DNA from: Thecamonas trahens ATCC 50062 | Lineage: Eukaryota; Protista; Apusomonadida | NCBI RefSeq assembly: GCF_000142905.1 | Contig: NW_013657584.1 | Location: forward strand, 1-8,705 | Direction of reading: 5' to 3' | DNA length: 8,705 bases | Shown here: positions 1 through 6,860 of the stretch, piece by piece | How positions within the stretch are numbered: the stretch's first letter is position 1 | Layout of the letters: every line of letters begins with the position of its first letter | Position numbers and translations under genes: made by a program | The notes under the pieces: model-generated | Databases searched by the model: none | Told to the model about the DNA's origin: nothing | What the model saw: the letters and a program-made list of their open reading frames with translations, nothing else

Positions 1-460
1 GTCAAACGAGGCTGATGAGGTGTCGTCGATGTGGACGCCGCCGCCGTTGTTGCGAGCGATGTTGTGGCTGATGACGACTCTGGCGAGCGAAGCCGATGAT
101 GATGCTGCAGCAGCCAGTGCGCCGCCAGCTGACGCGGTGTTGGCCACGAAAGCGACATCGGCGAGGGTAGCCGAGGAGCCCGAGTCGAGGGCCACCGCAC
201 CGCCATTCCCAATGCTAGCGAGATTGGCGTCAAAGTGGACGCCGTCGAGCTCGATGTGGCCGCCGTTTGTGGCTGTGATAGCACCGCCGCTGGTTTTGGC
301 AGTGTTGGCGAGGAAGGTGGTGTTGGCGATGCGCGCGAGTGAACCATCCCGATCGACAGCCACGGCGCCGCCGGCAACTGAGGCAAAGCAGCGATCAAAG
401 GTGGAGTTGGTAACGATGAGAGTACCGGCGTTCTTGACAAGGACCGCGCCGCCGAAGCCG
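1..460 (-). repeat. Polymorphic-membrane-protein-like GGA(I/V/L) / FxxN beta-helix repeats
   Basis: Six GG(A/G)(V/I/L) motifs alternate with FDRC, FLAN, FDAN, FVAN and ISHN at about 26-29 aa spacing. A PGTY motif at ~805-816 is typical of the start of pectin-lyase-fold beta-helices. Confidence 0.82.
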
Positions 461-3246
461 ACATCAAAGAGAGAGCTCTTTTGTGAGGACGTCGCTGTCG
501 ACGACACGATGCGACACGAGTGGAGCTCAAGGACAGCCTGTTCGCCGTCAACACGCATGCCTTGGGATGCCAAGACCGAGTCAAAGCCGGTGCCCATGTT
601 GGTGATGGTGAGATTGACAAGGCGTACCGAGAGAGGCGGAGAATAGGTTGCAGCCGGCGGCACGACATGGAAGAGCACTCCACCATCACCACCAGCAGAG
701 ATGCTAGGAGGAAGAGTCGCGTCGATGACAACATGACCTGGCACAGCAGCTGCAAGAGTACACGGGTGATCGAGCTTGAGGTGCGCGCCAGCACGGCCAA
801 ATGCGTACGTACCGGGCGGAAAGAGGAGGGTGTCGGAGATGCACCGAGACAGGCGGTGAATGTTGGCGGAGAGACACGTTGGGTCGTCGAGGCAGGCGGG
901 AAGGCTAGGGGAGTAGGTGACAACCCGCGGAGCCGGAAAGTGGAACGCGTTGCGCGTGAGACGAGGATACCATGCGATCTCGTCGTCATACTCTGACGCT
1001 GATGCAAAGTCCATATCTCCATCTCCGTCGATGTCAGCCGCAATGACTGACCGTGGCCCGTTTGCCAACGTGGTCACCAGTTGTTGCGGACCAAAGGTCC
1101 CGTTCCCGTCGGTGTTCTCATACCACACAACCGAGTTGTCGAAGAACAACGCCGACGCGAGGTCCACATCGCCGTCTCCATCAATGTCGGCCGCAAACAT
1201 GGACCACACATCGTTCCCGAGACTGCTCACCACTCGCCGTGTCCCGAAGCCTCCGACCGCCTCGGTATTCTCGTACCAGGCAATGTCGTCGTCACTGGAC
1301 GACGCCACCACCAGGTCCACATCGCCATCAGCATCAATGTCAGCCGCGATCATGGACCGCGCTCCATACACTACACTTCTCACCACCTGCTGTGACCCAA
1401 GCTCTCAGCTCCGTCGGTGTTCTCGTACCATGCAAGCTTGTCGTCGTAGAACGACAGAGACGCCAGNNNNNNNNNNNNNNNNNNNNNNNNNNNNNNNNNN
1501 NNNNNNNNNNNNNNNNNNNNNNNNNNNNNNNNNNNNNNNNNNNNNNNNNNNNNNNNNNNNNNNNNNNNNNNNNNNNNNNNNNNNNNNNNNNNNNNNNNNN
1601 NNNNNNNNNNNNNNNNNNNNNNNNNNNNNNNNNNNNNNNNNNNNNNNNNNNNNNNNNNNNNNNNNNNNNNNNNNNNNNNNNNNNNNNNNNNNNNNNNNNN
1701 NNNNNNNNNNNNNNNNNNNNNNNNNNNNNNNNNNNNNNNNNNNNNNNNNNNNNNNNNNNNNNNNNNNNNNNNNNNNNNNNNNNNNNNNNNNNNNNNNNNN
1801 NNNNNNNNNNNNNNNNNNNNNNNNNNNNNNNNNNNNNNNNNNNNNNNNNNNNNNNCAAAGCCCCCAGCGCTGTCGATGTTCTCGTACCACGCAATCTTAT
1901 CATCGTTGTACGAGGCCGACGCCAAGTCCAAATCACCATCGCCATCAATGTCAGCCGCAATAACAGAGTACGCCCCGCCAGCTGCACTGCTCACCACTCG
2001 CTGCGATCCCACGTGGTGTTCCCGTCAGCGTTTGCGTACCATGCAACCTTGCCGCCGACGGTCGACGCCAGGTCCAGATCCCCGTCTCCATCAATGTCAG
2101 CCGCAAACACAGACACTGCACCGTCCGCTACAGTGCTCACCACCTGTTCTGACCCAAAGTCTCCGGCTCCGTCCTTGTTCTCGTGCCACGCAATCTTGTT
2201 GGCGAACGACGACGCCCACGCCAGGTCCATGTCACCATCACCATCCACGTCAGCCGCAATGACCGACCTGGCAGCGCGGGCTACAGTGCTCACCACTTGC
2301 TGGGGTCCAAAGNNNNNNNNNNNNNNNNNNNNNNNNNNNNNNNNNNNNNNNNNNNNNNNNNNNNNNNNNNNNNNNNNNNNNNNNNNNNNNNNNNNNNNNN
2401 NNNNNNNNNNNNGGTGTTCTCGTACCACGCAATCTTGTCGTCAAGCTCCGACGCCGAGACCAGGTCCAGATCCCCGTCTCCATCCATGTCAGCCGCAGTC
2501 ACAGACCGCACACCATTCGCTGCGGTACTCACCACTTGCTGCGGCCCAAAGATTCCGGCTCCGTCGATGTTCTCGTACCAGGCAATCTTGTCTTGACCGA
2601 ACAACGGCGAGACCAGGTCCGGATCGCCATCTCCGTCAATGTCAGCCGCGATCACTGAATACGCATCGTTTGTCAAGGCGCTCAACACCTGTGGCGGCCC
2701 GAAGCTCCCGGCTCGGTCGGTGTTTTCGTACCACGCAATGGTGTCGTCCAAATACGATGCCGACGCCAGGTCGATATCGCCATCACCATCAAAGTCAGCT
2801 GCAACGACAGACTGCACAGTGCCTGCTGCAGTGGTCACCACTTGCTGCTGGCCAAAGGTGGCGTTGCCGTACAGGTTCTCATACCATGCAACCTTGTTGT
2901 CGTTGTACGACGCGGACACCAGGTCCAGATCGCCATCTCCATCAATGTCAGTCGCAATGAGAGCCCGCGCACCGTCGACTGCCGTGCTCACTACTTGCGG
3001 CAGCGCAAAGGTTCCGTTTGCGTCGGTGTTCTCGTGCCACGCGATCCAGTTGCCACCCGCCGATGCCAGGTCGATATCGCCATCACCATCCATATCAGCT
3101 GCAATAACAGCCTGCGTATTGCTGACTGGTGTACTCACTACTTGCGCCACCACGTCGACCTCTGCCCAGCACTGCGGAATGTCCGGCACTGCCGCCACCT
3201 GGACCGCCACAACGAGCGCCAAAAGACTCGTCAACGCCACCGCCAT
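1..3246 (-). CDS. Large secreted/surface protein: signal peptide, FG-GAP/VCBS-like beta-propeller repeats (~14 blades), then Pmp-like/pectin-lyase-fold beta-helix; 3'-partial, interrupted by two gaps and two 1-nt frameshifts
   Basis: ATG at 3246 gives a hydrophobic N-terminus MAVALTSLLALVVAVQVAA. Repeats follow the pattern VVST...SVIAADIDGDGDLDLASAS..DDKIAWYENTDG.G.FG.QQ. Manual translation of 1398->1 is stop-free (absent from the ORF track because it has no stop in the window) and reads ...WYPRLTRNAFHFPAP...LLFPPGTY...GFGGAVLV...FDRCFASVAGGAVAV...FLANTAKTSGGAITA...FDANLASIGNGGAVAL...FVANTASAGGALA...ISHNIARNNGGGVHI. Confidence 0.9.
1467..1855. other. Assembly gap (389 N) inside FG-GAP repeat array
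   Basis: Run of N; the reading frame is preserved across it. Confidence 0.99.
2313..2412. other. Assembly gap (100 N, likely placeholder length) inside FG-GAP repeat array
   Basis: Exactly 100 N. Repeat phase on either side (WYENT ... FGPQQ) implies a true length of about 14 nt or 14+153n nt. Confidence 0.97.
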
Positions 3247-3394
3247 AGGCCGCCACGAACCACCGACGGGCAAGGACGAGCCATCATGCCAGAGCCAACC
3301 GACGTGCGCCACCTTTGCCCTGCTGCGATTCCAACTATGCCGAGCACCACACATGCGTGTGCGCTTTGCGTCGAATGCTACGTCGGCAGAAGTG

Positions 3395-3414
3395 GTGTGT
3401 GTGTGTGTGTGTGT
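3395..3414 (+). repeat. (GT)10 microsatellite upstream of gene 1
   Basis: gtgtgtgtgtgtgtgtgtgt, about 150 nt 5' of ATG 3246. Confidence 0.92.
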
Positions 3415-3469
3415 GGTCCAGGTGCGGGGGTTCGACCGGTCTTGGGCAGGGCCAACCCACGCATGTGCG

Positions 3470-3478
3470 CTGATTGGC
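3470..3478 (-). promoter_or_regulatory. CCAAT box (GCCAATCAG) upstream of gene 1
   Basis: The + strand ctgattggc is GCCAATCAG on the coding strand, an NF-Y-type consensus about 225 nt upstream of the ATG. Confidence 0.45.
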
Positions 3479-3533
3479 GAGTGGGGAGACCTCGCTTCCG
3501 GGTATCGATTATGTCTTATGCCGATGATTGTTA

Positions 3534-3561
3534 CCGGGTCGAACTGGCCGGGTCGAACTGG
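3534..3561 (+). repeat. Perfect 14-nt tandem duplication (CCGGGTCGAACTGG)x2
   Basis: 3534-3547 and 3548-3561 are identical. Confidence 0.9.
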
Positions 3562-3862
3562 CGCGCGAGCAGACAGTCTTGTTCTGTTGGGCCACCCGCC
3601 CGCTCAACGACTACCAGAGGCGGCCAGAGGTGCTTGCCGAATCGTCGCCGCATCGGCTTATTCGCGAGATCCGGATCATTGTCTCGGGCGTGTTGCCGCC
3701 GGCACCCGCAGTTTCCCTACACGCTCGGCTATGCTGCGGCGCATCACAAAGCCTCCACGCTGCTGGGCGTGTTTTACTGCGGCATGGCGTCGCCCGCGGA
3801 CGATGTCCCGGCGGCGGTGTGGGCGCTGCGGCACACCACGAGGAGAGCTTTGAGCCGTAGGA

Positions 3863-5977
3863 CTAGCGGCGTGCTTGGAAGATAGCGATGGCCTTGTCGA
3901 CGTGCTGGAGGATGTTGGCGCGGTCGGCCTGGAGGGCGGCGATGTTGCCCGTGGCGATGGTGACGTGATCCCTGACGTCGGCGAGCTCGACCTCGGCGGC
4001 GGCGAGCTTGGCCTTGGTGTCGGCGAAGTCGGTCCTGGTGTCGGCGAGCTCGGCCTTGGTGTCGGCGAGCTCGGCCTTGGTGTCGGCAAGCTCGGCCTCG
4101 AGTTTGTCCACGCGAGTGGTTCCAGCAGAGGCGCCTGCACCGCCGCCAATGTCGCCACCAGCAGCGATGGTCTCACGGACGTAGCAGGCTACTGGCTCGG
4201 GAGCAGCCCCGGTGACGATGAGGTTGTAGACTTCCTTTGTAGCCAGATTATTGGCGCTGTCGGACTTGTTGAGCACAGCCGAGGCAATTGACATGGCCGT
4301 CTCGCCGTTGGTCCCGAGAGCCCACACATCGGCACCTGCGGCGAGCAGTGCCATGGTTGCGAGGATGTTGGAGGGCGAGACGGCGACGTGGAGCGGGCGC
4401 AGTCCAAGGGACGGTTCGACGGCGTCGATGTCGGCGCCGGAGTTGATGAGGAAGGCGAAGACAGGGATGGAGAACGGGATTGTGTCTGCGGCATGAAGGA
4501 CGATGAAGAGGGCGAGGGTGGCCTTATTGATGCCATTGGCAAGCTCGGTGGCGCCGTCGCCATGCTCGCGGATCCAGGCGACCATCGCAGATGAGAACAC
4601 TGCAGATCGCTCCGCGGGAGCAGCTACGTACACATGCGTGTTGTCCGGCTGCAGCGTGAAGGGATCGAGACCAACTCCGCTCAGCTCGGTCATCCGCATA
4701 GCCGTCAGCTGGTTCGCGGCGATAATGGTGTCGAGCACAGTGGCGCCGTTTCCGTCGACGGCAGACTGGTCGAGGACGATGTCGAGGGCGGCGACTGCCT
4801 CGAGGAGAGCCTTGAGGGCACCGTGCTCCGTGTTGGCAGCCGCGACATGAATGACGGGCGTATTGAACGTGGGTTCAACAGCGTTGACGTCTGCACCAGC
4901 GGTGATGAGCTCGGAGACGATGTCGGCTGAGATCGGGACGGTCGGTGAGGCGCGGAGGACGACAAAGAGGGCGAGGGTGGCCTTGTTGATGCCGTTGGCG
5001 AGCTCGGTGGCGCCGTCGCCATGCTCGCGGATCCAGGCGACCATCGCAGATGAGAACGCTGCAGATCGCTCCGCGGGAGCAGCTACGTACACGTGCGTGT
5101 TGTCATCATCGAGATCGTAGAGGTCTGCGCCGTTGGCAAGCAGCGTGTTGAGCGCGTCCACGGAGAGAGCATTACAGCGGGCCATGAGATGCACCGGATG
5201 GGGCACATGGGCTTGAGCAAAGCCGAGCAGAGCACGGGCGTGCTGCGATGCAGGGAAGTCTGGTTGGGCGATGGTAGTGCGCGCGCGACGCAAGTCGAGG
5301 GTAACCTTGGAGCAGTTGCGCAAGCCGAGGGATGTGAGGTTGGGGCAGCCACCGGCGAGGGCGACCACTGCCGCATCGTGATGTTGGAGCAGTGTCAAGT
5401 AGAGGGTTGGGAGGTGGCAGCCACGCGAGGGCGACACTGCCGCATCCGCATCGGNNNNNNNNNNNNNNNNNNNNNNNNNNNNNNNNNNNNNNNNNNNNNN
5501 NNNNNNNNNNNNNNNNNNNNNNNNNNNNNNNNNNNNNNNNNNNNNNNNNNNNNNNNNNNNNNNNNNNNNNNNNNNNNNNNNNNNNNNNNNNNNNNNNNNN
5601 NNNNNNNNNNNNNNNNNNNNNNNNNNNNNNNNNNNNNNNNNNNNNNNNNNNNNNNNNNNNNNNNNNNNNNNNNNNNNNNNNNNNNNNNNNNNNNNNNNNN
5701 NNNNNNNNNNNNNNNNNNNNNNNNNNNNNNNNNNNNNNNNNNNNNNNNNNNNNNNNNNNNNNNNNNNNNNNNNNNNNNNNNNNNNNNNNNNNNNNNNNNN
5801 NNNNNNNNNNNNNNNNNNNNNNNNNNNNNNNNNNNNNNNNNNNNNNNNNNNNNNNNNNNNNNNNNNNNNNNNNNNNNNNNNNNNNNNNNNNNNNNNNNNN
5901 NNNNNNNNNNNNNNNNNNNNNNNNNNNNNNNNNNNCACGTTCATCGTCACGTCACTCGTCAGCACATTCGCAGCCAT
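3863..5977 (-). CDS. Cys-containing LRR + ankyrin-repeat + C-terminal coiled-coil protein (N-terminal part mostly in gap)
   Basis: 26-aa LRR DAAVVALAGGCPNLTSLGLRNCSKVT (FBXL/AMN1 type). Ankyrin-like units include ELITAGADVNAVEPTFNTPVIHVAAA, DGNGATVLDTII and FLINSGADIDAVEPSLGLRPLHVAV...LLAAGADVWALGTNGETAMSIA. AELADTK heptads follow, with TAG at 3863-3865. The start at 5977 is inferred across a 481-N gap. Confidence 0.85.
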   Translation of the reverse strand: MAANVLTSDVTMNVXXXXXXXXXXXXXXXXXXXXXXXXXXXXXXXXXXXXXXXXXXXXXXXXXXXXXXXXXXXXXXXXXXXXXXXXXXXXXXXXXXXXXXXXXXXXXXXXXXXXXXXXXXXXXXXXXXXXXXXXXXXXXXXXXXXXXXXXXXXXXXXXXXXXXXXXXXXXXXXXXDADAAVSPSRGCHLPTLYLTLLQHHDAAVVALAGGCPNLTSLGLRNCSKVTLDLRRARTTIAQPDFPASQHARALLGFAQAHVPHPVHLMARCNALSVDALNTLLANGADLYDLDDDNTHVYVAAPAERSAAFSSAMVAWIREHGDGATELANGINKATLALFVVLRASPTVPISADIVSELITAGADVNAVEPTFNTPVIHVAAANTEHGALKALLEAVAALDIVLDQSAVDGNGATVLDTIIAANQLTAMRMTELSGVGLDPFTLQPDNTHVYVAAPAERSAVFSSAMVAWIREHGDGATELANGINKATLALFIVLHAADTIPFSIPVFAFLINSGADIDAVEPSLGLRPLHVAVSPSNILATMALLAAGADVWALGTNGETAMSIASAVLNKSDSANNLATKEVYNLIVTGAAPEPVACYVRETIAAGGDIGGGAGASAGTTRVDKLEAELADTKAELADTKAELADTRTDFADTKAKLAAAEVELADVRDHVTIATGNIAALQADRANILQHVDKAIAIFQARR
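3971..4096 (-). repeat. Six 21-nt tandem units encoding heptads (AELADTK-like), coiled coil
   Basis: Units cttggtgtcggcgagctcggc and variants begin at 3971, 3992, 4013, 4034, 4055 and 4076. Confidence 0.92.
4497..5104 (-). repeat. 149-nt direct repeat (4497-4645 and 4956-5104), ~95% identical, 459 nt apart, in frame
   Basis: Both copies encode DNTHVYVAAPAERSA(A/V)FSSAMVAWIREHGDGATELANGINKATLALF(V/I)VL; 7 mismatches by manual alignment. Confidence 0.95.
5300..5446 (-). repeat. 78-nt LRR unit (5300-5377) plus an adjacent 69-nt degraded copy (5378-5446)
   Basis: gatgcggcagtggtcgccctcgccggtggctgccccaacctc versus gatgcggcagtgtcgccctcgcgtggctgccacctc on the coding strand. Confidence 0.85.
5455..5935. 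other. Assembly gap (481 N), probably a collapsed LRR array
   Basis: Run of N directly adjoining LRR copies. Confidence 0.95.
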
Positions 5978-6253
5978 ACTCTCTCACTCTGTCAGACAGA
6001 GAGATATACCCTTCCACCTTCCGCATACCCCCCGCCACCCACCACTCACACAGCATTCGGCAGAAATCAAAGCCATCCAAAAAAATTGACTCTGATCGTG
6101 TCAGGCAGGATCACAGCCCCCTCCACCACTCAGACACCCCCACCATACTCATTGCCCACTTACACATCCTCCCGACCACCCTCTGTACACGCCCATGGTC
6201 CCGTATCATCCATCCCTCTCCATCGTCCCCGCCAGACCACCCCATCACCCTCC

Positions 6254-6299
6254 ATTGGTCCTCCCGGCACTGTGACGTCAATCTCGGCACTGTGACGTC
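6254..6299 (-). promoter_or_regulatory. CCAAT box plus duplicated CRE-like element upstream of gene 2
   Basis: ATTGG at 6254-6258. CGGCACTGTGACGTC occurs at 6265-6279 and 6285-6299, with the perfect palindrome TGACGTCA at 6273-6280, about 280-320 nt upstream of ATG 5977. Confidence 0.5.
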
Positions 6300-6860
6300 G
6301 TGCCCTTCCCTGCCCCCTCTGCCGGGAAGCCCTGCCACCACCCGCCACCGCCCGCCCCTTCCGCCCGCTCCGTCGGATGGGTCACTGCCTTGATCACCTT
6401 CGCAATGGTCTCGCTCTTCCCTCTCCGGGGCATGCCTCTCCGTCGGCCTCTCTCCAACCCGTCCTTCTGCCAGACGTCGTCGATGACTTCTGCGGACATG
6501 CCCAACACGCTGCTGCGCTCGTGGGTGTCTCGATCAACGTCTGCTGGCCACTGCGCCTCGGTCTTGCCTATCTTCTGCTGATGGGCTGGTTGGGCTTGGC
6601 CGGCCGATCGCCGGGGGTGGGTCACTGTGCTGATCGACGTGATCCGGCAGGCAGAGATGGCGAGCGCGATAGATGCGAGGACATCTCGAGCCGTCAAGCG
6701 AGCGGGGCGATCGGCTGGTTGGGAGCTGGAGATGGCCGAGCGCACTTGGTACAGGCACTGTGAGATGCCCGATCTGTCCTTGAGCTCGGCTGATCGATGG
6801 GGATCATGGTCGATGTCGAAGCTGGTGTCCCGCGTGAGGATGGATGAGGTCGAGCGCCAT
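6278..6860 (-). other. Unassigned ORF or possible gene remnant
   Basis: The frame is stop-free from ~7123 to 6278 with protein-like stretches (ILTRDTSFDIDHDPHRSAELKDRSGISQCLYQVRSAI...SAEVIDDVWQKDGLE...KSETIAKVIKAV). It has no suitable in-frame ATG; the ATG at 6860 is out of frame. No recognisable domain. Confidence 0.25.

Larger units (their letters stand above)
961..3144 (-). repeat. Tandem ~153-nt (51-aa) FG-GAP/VCBS-type blade repeats with DxDGDGDxD Ca-binding loop
   Basis: 11 visible DxD(G/A)DGDxD motifs plus one partial blade (LASLSFYDDKLAWYEN); more blades are implied inside the 389-N gap. Confidence 0.93.

Noticed and set aside
961-3144. CRISPR-like or DGR template/variable repeat interpretation of the repeats
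   Set aside because: The repeats are in-frame protein blades with synonymous divergence; there is no repeat-spacer structure, cas gene or reverse transcriptase in the window.
1-3246. Calling gene 1 an integrin alpha
   Set aside because: It has about 14 uniform bacterial-style blades followed by a beta-helix, rather than 7 blades plus Ig-like leg domains.
3247-3354. Upstream ATG at 3354 as start of gene 1
   Set aside because: It adds 36 non-signal-like residues; ATG 3246 directly begins a typical signal peptide.
3425-3445. tRNA or SINE suggested by GGTTCGA
   Set aside because: No cloverleaf stems or A-box could be built around it.
20-3885. Long + strand ORFs (20..646, 917..1963, 1053..2960, 2639..3853, 2842..3885)
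   Set aside because: Antisense shadows of the GC-rich FG-GAP/Pmp gene (SPSPSMSAA is the reverse of AADIDGDGD); some are inflated by N runs.
3676-4291. Pro/Ser-rich ORF 3676..4176 (-) and Gly/Val-rich ORF 3875..4291 (+)
   Set aside because: Alternative-frame readings of the 21-nt heptad repeat.
4497-5104. 149-nt repeat pair as DGR TR/VR or as LTRs
   Set aside because: Both copies are in frame within one CDS, mismatches are transitions only and mostly synonymous, and there is no RT, TG..CA ends or target-site duplication.
5093-6393. + strand ORFs 5093..6295 and 5392..6393
   Set aside because: Artefacts of reading through the 481-N gap into low-complexity C-rich DNA.
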